Shown here: positions 45,804-55,009 of the stretch, piece after piece | Position numbering within the stretch: position 1 is the stretch's first letter | How the letters are laid out: every line of letters begins with the position of its first letter | NCBI GenBank assembly: GCA_049860595.1 | Contig: CP187551.1 | Strand: one strand, 5' to 3' | Origin: Methanocaldococcus sp. 16A | GTDB taxonomy: Archaea; AGJL01; Methanococci; Methanococcales; Methanocaldococcaceae | Length of the DNA stretch: 64,000 bases | Notes under the pieces: generated by a model | The model's input: the letters and a program-made list of their open reading frames with translations, nothing else | Told to the model about the DNA's origin: nothing | Database searches by the model: none | Position numbers and translations under genes: made by a program

Positions 45804-48800
45804 TTTAATGTCCCCTCAATAGACATATTTAGATGTTTTGCAATATCTTTAATTGAAATTTCACCATATTTATTCAATAACTCAATTATTTTCATTTCTT
45901 CTTCTTTTAACTTACCAAATCTATTTTTTTCAATAATTTCTCTCTTTATCTCTTTTCTAACTTTATCTAACTCTCCCCATATTTCAAGTATATTAGATTT
46001 TACTTCTTCAATAACATTTACTATATTATCAATATTATCTTTATTTATAACATCAATATCTATGCTATTTAATTTATTTTCTATTTCATTTAGTGTTTTT
46101 AGATAGTTTTCATCATTGTCCAATTTTATTTCTACGTCTGTCTTTAATGATACTATGTAATCATATATTCTGTTTAAAACATCTTGAAGATACGTTCTTA
46201 CATTTCTTACGAGATTTTGATAAGCTATATCTCTATCTTCAATAGTAATTGGTTCTCTGTATGAATATGAAGGGATATCTAACAATTTTAATGTATTGGA
46301 CAAAAAGTTCATTTTTGTTTTGATTTCATCTTGAATCCTATTAAATTCATTTCTTAAATTACTCTCTTTTTTCTTTATGTCTTTTTCGATTAACTCTATA
46401 TCTTTTTCAACATCTTTATCCATGTATAAATAGTTTTCACCATCTCTTGCAAAGTTAGTTATTATTTCATTTATTAATTCGTTAAATCTTTCATACTCTT
46501 CATCAATGTCAATATACTCCTTATAAGCATCTATTTTTTCATATAATTCTTTTAATTTTCTAAGAATAACTAACCAAGATTTAAACTTGTTATATTTCTC
46601 ATTGATATTGACATATTCCTTTTTTAATTCATTCATTTTTTTATTAGCTATTTTTAAAACTTCAGCAAGATTTTCAAGATCTCTTGAAGATGTTATAGTT
46701 TCTCTTAATTCTAATAACTCTTTTGATAGTATATTACATTTCTTTTTTGTTATCTTTATTTGTTCCTCTAAATGTCTAACTATCCCCCCTAACGCATAAT
46801 GTGTCTTTGTAATATCCTCTTTTAAATCTTCTATTTTTCTTTTTAGTTCATTAGTTTTTTCTCCTGTTTTTAAAATTTCATTTAACAATTCTTCCTTATT
46901 TTTAGTTATCTCATTTTTAATTATTTCGTAATATCCTCTTAAAGTTCTCTCCCAACTTTCTAAAAGTTCTAAGTCTTTGTATAATAAATCAGAATTTTTC
47001 TGATTCAGAATCTCTTCTTTTTTAGATAGATTTATAGGAATCTTTGGAATATCCTTTCCATATTTTTTATAGAGATTTACAACATTCCTTGCAAGTTTTT
47101 CAACTTCATCAAATTTATTTAAAACATCAGTATTTGTTATCTCCTCAAGCTTAAATATAAATCCTTTATCGATTTCAATATATCTTCTACTTTCAAGGAT
47201 TTTTAAAATTTCTTTAACTTCATCTTCAGTATATCCTAAAGACATTCCATACTTAATTATTTCATCCATATGTATTGGTTGCGTCCATTTTTCAATAAAT
47301 TCTTTTAATATTTTTTCTTCAAGTGAATGTTTTTTTAATCTAACTATAATTTTATCTTTTTTACCCCACTCTTCTAAGTGTATTAAATCCTTCCATTTTC
47401 CACTTTTACACTCTTCATCGAACCCTGCAACACTTGGATTTTTACTACCAGTTAATTTGGAAACTAAGTCCTTTTTAGTAGTTTCGAATTTGTCACCTCT
47501 TCTCTTTGAGATCGGTAATGATTCTAATAATATTCTATATCTTTCTAAATCTCTTTGCCAGTTTGTAGAATGGATTAAAGTTCTATAATCTTTAAATTTA
47601 TATTCACAAATTCTATTAAATATTTCTTCAACCATCTTTTCTAATCGTGCCTTTAACTCATATTTTTCTGCTAATTCATCTGAGAACAAAAATCTTTTTA
47701 AATATCTTATAAGAAGTGACTTTAATGAATCTATTTCACCCTTATATTTTATGTAATCCCCTTCTTTTTCTTTAATTTTGTCAAGATAATCTAAGAGACA
47801 CAGCATAAACATTGGAGTAACTTCTTGTGGTTTAACATACTGTTGAAGTTTTTTTAACTCACCAGGCAAATTATTCTCTCCAACTCTCTTTAAAACATTA
47901 AATTTAAAGATTACATCTCCATTTTTATAGTCAATTATTAAATCATTATTTTCTATATTTTTATCTAATATAAATTTAAACTCAATATCTGGTGAAATAT
48001 CACCTACTAAATTTTTAATAAACTCCATACCTATTTCTCCAGGTTCTTTCTTTAAAGAATATACACTAACAGTTCTAAATGGATATTTCTTATTAAAAGT
48101 CCCAGTTAATAAATGATAATATCCATAGTTTATAGGATATTTTAAATCGAATCTCCACCCTATAATTTGAGATCCTTTTTTCTTTGGAAAGATTTCAGGT
48201 AATAAATGATTTATAAATGCATTAATCATTTCATCTTCCCAAGATTCATCAAATACATGTCTAAATTTTCTTATGTGTTGTTCTACATAACTACCAGAAC
48301 TTTCGTCTAATAATCCTCTTAATGTATATCCTTCAAGGGCATAAACAATTTCAGTTCCATAATAAGCATCTGAAAGTTCTTCAAACTCATTATATAAGCT
48401 ATACTTTTTTATTAAATCATCAGATACTCCTCTTGGAAATGCTCCCAACAATTTAGTAACTTTTCTTTTTTCTTCAGAATTAACTTTACTTAGAGACAAA
48501 CCTTCATTTAAAGCATCTAAATATTTTTGTTGTATATATGCAATTTTGCCATTTAAGATATCATCAACAAAATCAAATACAGAATAGGGTTCTAATTTTT
48601 CTTTATATTTTGTGCAAGCACATTTAAATGCTCCAATAACTGTCCTTGGACCTTTACCTAAATCATCTCTTGAAGAGATCTCACCAATACTTCTTAAACA
48701 GTCCTTTGTTATAATTTCATAAGGATAAAACCCTAAAAGTTCGCCATATTTGTTCCACAATTTTTCTGCAAAGTCTACATTATATATATTTACTAAATTT

Positions 48801-49594
48801 AAATAGAATCCATCTTTTCGTAATCTATCAATTAAATCTCCAGCTCTTATGCTTAAATCCTCTTCTTGATAATCTGGAATTATAAACAATATCCCCAATC
48901 CTATATTACTAATACTAAGTTCAAAAATAAAATTTCTTAAATCGTTAATAATTTCCATATTGTTTATTCCTTGCACTTCATCTACAAAAATTGCTAATCC
49001 GTCATAATGTTCTTTTATAAGATCATATATTTCCTTTAAAAAATTCATTAGGTCTTTTGGGGTTATTGATATAATTAATTTACCTTTTTCTATGAAACTA
49101 TTAATTATTCTTCTAGCTTCATCTTTTGTTAAGTGTTCTTTTTTTGCTAACTCATCAATCTCTTTTTCTATACTTAATGTTTTATATTTTCTATAAATTT
49201 CTTCAATTTTTTCAACATATTCGGGATATTTATATTTATAAACATACTTTGTCCAACCATAAACTGCATCCATGATTGTATCAAGTTTTCTATCGAACTT
49301 AAATGGGGGAATAGATAATATATTATTATTTTTGCAATATTCCCATAAACTCAGTGCCTTACTTGTCTTTCCATATCCATAAGGAGCAGATATATATCCT
49401 TTAACAGTTTTTCCTTTTTTAATTTCTTTTACAAATCTACGATCAAAGTCTTCATCATCAACTTTTATATATGTTTTTAAATGTTTTTCATAATTATCTG
49501 CAACTAAATCAGGATTGTTTATTAAATTTTCAACTGACTGAGTATCCACTACAGGACTCTTATTTATTATATATTCTAATGCACTAATATCCAT
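45755..49594 (-). CDS. Large P-loop ATPase with long coiled coil (BrxC/PglY-like)
   Basis: Walker A APYGYGKTS, Walker B AIFVDEVQ, GPRTVI; K/E-rich helical C-terminal half; terminal HTH-like ISIKDIAKHLNMS. Start placed at ATG 49594 after a GGGGGAGGG RBS. Confidence 0.75.
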   Translation of the reverse strand: MDISALEYIINKSPVVDTQSVENLINNPDLVADNYEKHLKTYIKVDDEDFDRRFVKEIKKGKTVKGYISAPYGYGKTSKALSLWEYCKNNNILSIPPFKFDRKLDTIMDAVYGWTKYVYKYKYPEYVEKIEEIYRKYKTLSIEKEIDELAKKEHLTKDEARRIINSFIEKGKLIISITPKDLMNFLKEIYDLIKEHYDGLAIFVDEVQGINNMEIINDLRNFIFELSISNIGLGILFIIPDYQEEDLSIRAGDLIDRLRKDGFYLNLVNIYNVDFAEKLWNKYGELLGFYPYEIITKDCLRSIGEISSRDDLGKGPRTVIGAFKCACTKYKEKLEPYSVFDFVDDILNGKIAYIQQKYLDALNEGLSLSKVNSEEKRKVTKLLGAFPRGVSDDLIKKYSLYNEFEELSDAYYGTEIVYALEGYTLRGLLDESSGSYVEQHIRKFRHVFDESWEDEMINAFINHLLPEIFPKKKGSQIIGWRFDLKYPINYGYYHLLTGTFNKKYPFRTVSVYSLKKEPGEIGMEFIKNLVGDISPDIEFKFILDKNIENNDLIIDYKNGDVIFKFNVLKRVGENNLPGELKKLQQYVKPQEVTPMFMLCLLDYLDKIKEKEGDYIKYKGEIDSLKSLLIRYLKRFLFSDELAEKYELKARLEKMVEEIFNRICEYKFKDYRTLIHSTNWQRDLERYRILLESLPISKRRGDKFETTKKDLVSKLTGSKNPSVAGFDEECKSGKWKDLIHLEEWGKKDKIIVRLKKHSLEEKILKEFIEKWTQPIHMDEIIKYGMSLGYTEDEVKEILKILESRRYIEIDKGFIFKLEEITNTDVLNKFDEVEKLARNVVNLYKKYGKDIPKIPINLSKKEEILNQKNSDLLYKDLELLESWERTLRGYYEIIKNEITKNKEELLNEILKTGEKTNELKRKIEDLKEDITKTHYALGGIVRHLEEQIKITKKKCNILSKELLELRETITSSRDLENLAEVLKIANKKMNELKKEYVNINEKYNKFKSWLVILRKLKELYEKIDAYKEYIDIDEEYERFNELINEIITNFARDGENYLYMDKDVEKDIELIEKDIKKKESNLRNEFNRIQDEIKTKMNFLSNTLKLLDIPSYSYREPITIEDRDIAYQNLVRNVRTYLQDVLNRIYDYIVSLKTDVEIKLDNDENYLKTLNEIENKLNSIDIDVINKDNIDNIVNVIEEVKSNILEIWGELDKVRKEIKREIIEKNRFGKLKEEEMKIIELLNKYGEISIKDIAKHLNMSIEGTLKCLLNMENVEIIVRKK

Positions 49595-50081
49595 ATACCC
49601 TCCCCCTAAAAATTTTCCATAAATCAATATTTGAATTTTGAATACTAACATTTATATTTTTTCCAATAATTGGAGATAAATTATTCAACACTTGTTTCAC
49701 ATCATATAAATCCAATTTTAGCTCCACTCCATAATCTAAAATTTTCTCTTTTGAGATATATATTACTTTTTTTGCTTTTAGAGAGACCATTCTTCTTACT
49801 TCTCTCCAATCATACAATGTTCCATTATCAATAATTACATTTATATTTCTTGCATTATAATTTTTAAATATTTCTTCATTTTCAAAATATACAAAGTTAT
49901 TATTTTTTGCAAATACCCATCCTAAAAATGTCTTTCCTACGCCTTTTTTTCCATAAAGATTAACAACATCATCATAAATAAGAAATTCTTTCAATTTTTT
50001 ATAAGCTTTTTTTTGGTTATGAGTTAGCCAATCATAAGAATAATTAGTTTTGATATAATTTATTAATGAAATATAATCCAT
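49584..50081 (-). CDS. Small P-loop NTPase-fold protein (BrxB-like position)
   Basis: VVNLYGKKGVGKTF Walker A; VIIDN Walker B lacking the catalytic Glu. Confidence 0.7.
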   Translation of the reverse strand: MDYISLINYIKTNYSYDWLTHNQKKAYKKLKEFLIYDDVVNLYGKKGVGKTFLGWVFAKNNNFVYFENEEIFKNYNARNINVIIDNGTLYDWREVRRMVSLKAKKVIYISKEKILDYGVELKLDLYDVKQVLNNLSPIIGKNINVSIQNSNIDLWKIFRGRVYGY

Positions 50082-50089
50082 AATCTCCC

Positions 50090-50830
50090 CTATAATATAT
50101 CCTCAAAAGTCCATGTTCTTTTTAATCGTACATACTTTCCAAACATTTTTATTGAAATCTCAACAAAATCATAGATGAAATCAAGATCTTTCAAGAGATT
50201 ATCTAATGCTTTATCTTCAATCAAGCAAAACTTACAGAGTTCTTCAATTTTATTCTCATCTAAAAGCATTAATGAACCGTATTCCTCTCCCCACTGTTTT
50301 TTATATAAGTAATCAATACCCCATAATAATAGATGTAGTTGGCAGTAATCTCTAAGGTTAAACACATTATTTTCATCAATTGGAGATGGATAAAGTGACT
50401 TAATAAAGTTAATTGCTCCACGAACACTATTACTACTAAATGATATACTACCAAATCCTTCATCAAATGCTCTTTCTTTAACTTTTTGTTCAATATCGTT
50501 ATGATTTATTTTTTTACCCATATATTCTTCCCATAATATGTTAATTACACATCTATATGACCATCCTATTGGAGAGGTGGAAGTATAAAGTTTATAGTGA
50601 AGATAATTATTAAACATCTCATCATCCATTTTTAAAATATTTTCAATTTCATTATTATCTTTAACATTTATTAACTTGTTCATAATTGTATAGTTATCAT
50701 CTATTATGCTTGATTTAATTTCCGGAAATATTTTCTTTAATTCAGATTTTTTTAAATTATTCCCATATTCAAGAAATTTTCTTATAATTTCTGGCTTAGC
50801 GTTATGTTGAATATGGAAACTACCTTTCAT
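50090..50830 (-). CDS. Hypothetical protein (BrxA/DUF4007-like position, possibly wHTH DNA-binding)
   Basis: 246 aa ORF with ATGA overlap to the TGT gene; family inferred from position and size only. Confidence 0.55.
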   Translation of the reverse strand: MKGSFHIQHNAKPEIIRKFLEYGNNLKKSELKKIFPEIKSSIIDDNYTIMNKLINVKDNNEIENILKMDDEMFNNYLHYKLYTSTSPIGWSYRCVINILWEEYMGKKINHNDIEQKVKERAFDEGFGSISFSSNSVRGAINFIKSLYPSPIDENNVFNLRDYCQLHLLLWGIDYLYKKQWGEEYGSLMLLDENKIEELCKFCLIEDKALDNLLKDLDFIYDFVEISIKMFGKYVRLKRTWTFEDIL

Positions 50831-51753
50831 TCTTTCACCATTTCATATAGGACAATTATATTATGTAATGATCTATATATTTTAAATTTTCTTAAATTAT
50901 TTAAATTTTTACAAAAGTAACACTCATGACCATTTCTAAGATTTTCAATTAAATAATCATATCCAATATAATTTTTTTGTGAAGTTCTTGGAGATTTGCC
51001 AGTTATATTAATAGTTCGTGAATTGGGAAAATATATATCTCCGAATCCACTTGCCTTATCCCAACTACTACTATCAAAACTATCTACATAATCTTTAATT
51101 TTATTTACAGAACTACCTCCACCAATCCCAAAAGCATGTAATTCAAATCCATAATCTTTTGCTAACATAGATAGATACTTTAAATTTTCCAAACTTTCTT
51201 TAGTTAATCTGTTAATTTGATTATTTTTTCCACAAGTACCAAAACTTCCAAAACCTAATCGTCTAACATTTAAATCTGCATAATTTTTAACACAATAATA
51301 TATCATCTCTTTATTAATTCCCTGAACTACAGGAACAAATTTTTTTTCTAATTTTCCGTTAAACTCTTCAGCAAAACTCTTTGCAAAATAAACTGTCTCA
51401 TAAACTTTTCCCCATGCAGTCTCTACATTATCAGATGAAACTGGTGGAGAATCTGGTAGAACATACCAATCTCCCCATTTATTATTTTCATAAAATTTTC
51501 TCAAAAATGAAAATAGTTGATGTATTTCAAACTTCCCTTGTTGAACATAGTATCCTCCACTATCAAACATAACAGTTGTTTTATATTTTTTCTTTAAATT
51601 TTTAATTTCCTGTATAGTTCCTTCTGATGAAACTATCGGAGTAAAGATTACATTTTCAAATGCCCATTTTTTTGGCTCATGTTTCTTTAAAAGTTCAACC
51701 ATTCTCCTAATCTGACCTGGGGAAATCGTCAATGATGCATAAAATTCCACCAT
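50827..51753 (-). CDS. tRNA-guanine-transglycosylase-fold protein (TGT/DpdA-like)
   Basis: MFDSGGY, LPDSPP, VPVVQG, LGFGS, LHAFGIG, DSFDSSSW, and Zn-site-like HECYFC...HN. Confidence 0.82.
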   Translation of the reverse strand: MVEFYASLTISPGQIRRMVELLKKHEPKKWAFENVIFTPIVSSEGTIQEIKNLKKKYKTTVMFDSGGYYVQQGKFEIHQLFSFLRKFYENNKWGDWYVLPDSPPVSSDNVETAWGKVYETVYFAKSFAEEFNGKLEKKFVPVVQGINKEMIYYCVKNYADLNVRRLGFGSFGTCGKNNQINRLTKESLENLKYLSMLAKDYGFELHAFGIGGGSSVNKIKDYVDSFDSSSWDKASGFGDIYFPNSRTINITGKSPRTSQKNYIGYDYLIENLRNGHECYFCKNLNNLRKFKIYRSLHNIIVLYEMVKE

Positions 51754-51755
51754 TT

Positions 51756-52337
51756 TTACCCCTCTAAATATTTAGCCATTAATACTAAATCCTTATTACC
51801 TCTTGTATGGTTTTTTAAAATACCTTCAATTATAAAACCATTTTTTATAAAAAATCTAAGCCCTCCTTCATTATCTTTAGGAACCTCGGCATATATCTTT
51901 TTCTTTTTTAATTTTTTAGCTTTTTTTTCCAAAAAGTCAATAAAATATATACCAAGAGATTTATTTTTAAATTTTTTATCTATTGCAATATAATTAATTT
52001 TTAGATAATTTGGTTTTTCTCCATAAACTACAACACCAATCAAATCATTTTTATGGAAAATTCCTGCTACATTTATAGTTTTAGAGGTCGTAATCCATTG
52101 CTTTATTGATGATTTATAAACAAAGCCCCAAATATCTGCATAATTTAACAATATCTCTTGAACCCTGTCAACATAATTAACATCATCAATATCTTTAACT
52201 ATAATTTTATTTTTAATTTTTTCTATTTGTTTCGATGACTTTTTGTTTTTATTTTTGTTATTACTTTCAATTAATTCAAATTTTTTATATAAATCATAAA
52301 TTTCAAAGATTATTTTTTGTTGCGTATTCAAGCCCAT
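51756..52337 (-). CDS. GNAT-family acyltransferase
   Basis: INYIAIDKKFKNKSLG motif A; DNEGGLRFFIKNGFIIEG motif B. Confidence 0.88.
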   Translation of the reverse strand: MGLNTQQKIIFEIYDLYKKFELIESNNKNKNKKSSKQIEKIKNKIIVKDIDDVNYVDRVQEILLNYADIWGFVYKSSIKQWITTSKTINVAGIFHKNDLIGVVVYGEKPNYLKINYIAIDKKFKNKSLGIYFIDFLEKKAKKLKKKKIYAEVPKDNEGGLRFFIKNGFIIEGILKNHTRGNKDLVLMAKYLEG

Positions 52338-52983
52338 ATTTTCTCGCCCCTATTGCATTTATAAATTGTGGATTTTTAGGAATATAAACATCTTTTTCAG
52401 TAATTTCCTTAAAATATTTCACGAATGCCTCATTTTCTGCAACTCCTCCAATCAAGGCAATAGTATCGCATTCAAATGGGTTCATGTTAGCTATTTTCTT
52501 TGCTATAGTGTAATTTACAGATGATATAATATCTCTGATAGTATAGCCATTCACAAGGTAGTTAATTATTTCAGAAATTGAAAAAACAGCACAAGTGTTA
52601 TTTAATTTTAATGGATTTTTTGAGTAATATTTTCCAAAGTTCTCTATAGGAACATCTAAATACATGGCTATAGTTTGCAAAAATAGTCCAGTACCAGCTC
52701 CACATTTATCATTCATTACAAACTCTAATGTTTTTGTATTTATTATCTTTGTATCCTGTCCTCCAACATCAATTATAACATCAACTTCTTTATCAACACC
52801 GTATATAGCAGCAGTAATTTCAGTTATATGATTTCTAAATCTCTTTCTGAAATATCCTGTTGCGAAGACATCTCTATCATTATATTTCTCCAATATCTCG
52901 TTCAATTTAATTATGGAATATTTTTTGAAACCTTGCTCATCTGCAATTTTTATATTTGTTGAACCAACATCAATGCCTATCAT
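52303..52983 (-). CDS. Acyl-CoA dehydratase activator (HgdC/BadF-G type ASKHA ATPase, [4Fe-4S])
   Basis: GIDVGSTNIK, ATGY, DVGGQDTK, MNDKCGAGTG, CAVF, GGVAEN, NAIGA. Confidence 0.92.
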   Translation of the reverse strand: MIGIDVGSTNIKIADEQGFKKYSIIKLNEILEKYNDRDVFATGYFRKRFRNHITEITAAIYGVDKEVDVIIDVGGQDTKIINTKTLEFVMNDKCGAGTGLFLQTIAMYLDVPIENFGKYYSKNPLKLNNTCAVFSISEIINYLVNGYTIRDIISSVNYTIAKKIANMNPFECDTIALIGGVAENEAFVKYFKEITEKDVYIPKNPQFINAIGARKYGLEYATKNNL

Positions 52984-52985
52984 AA

Positions 52986-53918
52986 CTACCCCAACAACTC
53001 TATAAATGCTTCAATTCTCAGCTTTGTTTGTTCTGGTGTTTTTTGGGGGATGTCCCCCTCTATTGTTAGTATGGGATAATCAATAAATTCCCTAAGAATC
53101 TCATCTTCTAATTTATGATGACAATTCATTTGGGTATAATGAATTACTCCATCAACTTTTCTCTTTTTTAATTCTTTTTTTAGAATTTTTATTCTTTTAG
53201 TTATGTGATTTGCAAAACTGTATGTTGAATAACTATTTACTATACTCTTTATTGAATCTCCTCCCATTCTTACAAATTCATAAGCAAGTTCATTATAAAC
53301 ACAATGTACATTTATTTCATTTAAGTATTCATAAAAATCGCTAAAAATTGGTGGAATTCCTATTATAGCAATCCTATGTCTATATTCAATGTTTTCATCT
53401 TTGTTTAATATGTTATAGATTTCTTTTTTGTATGCATTTAAATCTCCTTTTAAATCACTTGCAGAAATTGTAATATAAAAGGCATCTTTTCCATTTATTT
53501 TGTCTTTATAGCATAATTCATCTACTTTTTTTGCAAGTTTTTTTATTTGATAAACTTCTCTTAAAGTAGTTTTATCAATATTTCCACCCAAAAAATTAAT
53601 AAGTTTTTTTATTTCATTTTCAAAATGTTTTTTATCTCCAAATTGATAAAAGAAATAATGTGTTGGAATTTTTTTCTTTAGTTCTATCTTTTCAGCATCA
53701 ACAAGAGAATTTTGACAATCACCTCCCGCAACAACAATTAATGTATCAATTTTAATTTCATCTTTTAAAATCAATTCTCTCCAAGTTGCAGTCCATGCAC
53801 ATAGTTTATTTTTAGGATAAATTTTCGATTGTGGAACTAAATTATTTAGATCTATAGGAGTATGACCTGCAGAATAAATAATTTCTGGTGGTACTATAGC
53901 AGTAATTCCAACTTTCAT
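52986..53918 (-). CDS. 2-hydroxyacyl-CoA dehydratase family protein (HGD-D)
   Basis: PPEIIYSAG, Cys in KLCAW / GGDCQN / QMNCHH, VDGVIHY, PILTIEGD...QTKLRIEAFIELL. Confidence 0.88.
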   Translation of the reverse strand: MKVGITAIVPPEIIYSAGHTPIDLNNLVPQSKIYPKNKLCAWTATWRELILKDEIKIDTLIVVAGGDCQNSLVDAEKIELKKKIPTHYFFYQFGDKKHFENEIKKLINFLGGNIDKTTLREVYQIKKLAKKVDELCYKDKINGKDAFYITISASDLKGDLNAYKKEIYNILNKDENIEYRHRIAIIGIPPIFSDFYEYLNEINVHCVYNELAYEFVRMGGDSIKSIVNSYSTYSFANHITKRIKILKKELKKRKVDGVIHYTQMNCHHKLEDEILREFIDYPILTIEGDIPQKTPEQTKLRIEAFIELLG

Positions 53919-53998
53919 AAATGCACACCTACTAAAAAATATAATATAAGATAATAATGATAAAAAAATTGACTAATTAAAATAAAAATTTTTTTAAG

Positions 53999-55009
53999 TT
54001 ATTTCTTCCTCTTCCACATCCTTGGATAAGTTCCTCTATCCATATAAACCCTCTCAACATCAACGGCTACACCTTTATCTGCATTTAAAATCTCTTTTGT
54101 GTTCATTAAAGCTTTTCCTACACCAATAGCTTCTCCTTTCAATGTCTCAACTAAAACTGTCTCTCCCTTCCCAATACCTTTACTCAATTTGGCTATTCCT
54201 CTAACATAAACATCTGCTCCATGGCAAATAGCATCAACTGCTGAATCTTTAACAACTACCTTCTTTAAATGCCTCAATCCATATTCCATTGGTTTTATTA
54301 TTCTTCTTAGCTCTTCTTCATCTCCATCCTCTTTCCAAAAATGATAAGCATCAAGTAAATCTTGCAAATATACTGCATCTTTCTCTTCAAAACATCCACT
54401 TTTAACTCTTCTTAGCTCTTGCATATGAGCTGAGGTTCCTAAAGCTTCACCTAAATCTTCACATAGCTTTCTTATATAAGTCCCAGATTGACACTTAACC
54501 CTAAACAAAACATCTTTTCCATCTTTATCTAAAAGCTCTAACTCATGAATTTTCCTTATTCTCAATCTTCTTTTAACAGCTGCTTTTAATGGAGGTCTTT
54601 GGTAAATTCTTCCAGTAAATTCTTTAAAAACTCTCAATATATCTTCTTCAGAGGCATCTCTATGTAGATGCATTAGGCAAATATATTCTTTAGGTGGAAT
54701 ATGCCACATAGGAATTGTTTTTGTAGCTCTCTCTAAAGCTACTGGTAAAACACCAGTAACCTTTGGGTCTAATGTCCCACCATGTCCAGCTTTATCTAAG
54801 TTTAAAATTTTTTTAACCCATGTTGAAACCTCATGGGATGTAGGACCTCTTGGTTTATCAATTACAACAACACCATATTTTATTAAATCCTCTATCTTTC
54901 TTTCATAAGGGTTACAACCATAATCCCAGTTAGTTTCAGCATCTTCTTTAACTATAATCTCTTCTTTATCCTTTATCTTTTTTTCTTGAAATTTTTCCAA
55001 TAAAATCAC
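53999..55009 (-). CDS. cbf5: H/ACA RNA-guided pseudouridine synthase Cbf5
   Basis: DKPRGPTSHEV, GHGGTLDPKVTG, GTYIR, PUA domain. Confidence 0.97.
   Translation of the reverse strand: MILLEKFQEKKIKDKEEIIVKEDAETNWDYGCNPYERKIEDLIKYGVVVIDKPRGPTSHEVSTWVKKILNLDKAGHGGTLDPKVTGVLPVALERATKTIPMWHIPPKEYICLMHLHRDASEEDILRVFKEFTGRIYQRPPLKAAVKRRLRIRKIHELELLDKDGKDVLFRVKCQSGTYIRKLCEDLGEALGTSAHMQELRRVKSGCFEEKDAVYLQDLLDAYHFWKEDGDEEELRRIIKPMEYGLRHLKKVVVKDSAVDAICHGADVYVRGIAKLSKGIGKGETVLVETLKGEAIGVGKALMNTKEILNADKGVAVDVERVYMDRGTYPRMWKRKK

Noticed and set aside
49135-49170. Partial similarity of the duplicated spacer (7255-7290) to the large island ATPase gene (shared ATCTCTTTTTC)
   Set aside because: Too many mismatches; expected by chance in AT-rich Lys/Glu-coding DNA, so not self-targeting.
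45755-49594. Calling the large coiled-coil ATPase SMC/Rad50 (Wadjet-like)
   Set aside because: Walker A and B are both in the N-terminal region and there is no C-terminal LSGG/Walker B half, so it is not an ABC-type SMC head.
50827-51753. Calling the TGT-like gene the housekeeping archaeosine tgtA
   Set aside because: It is too short, lacks the PUA-containing tail, is divergent and is embedded in an accessory operon.
43453-53998. Provirus or integrative element interpretation of the island
   Set aside because: No integrase, capsid, replication gene, tRNA target or att repeat was recognised.
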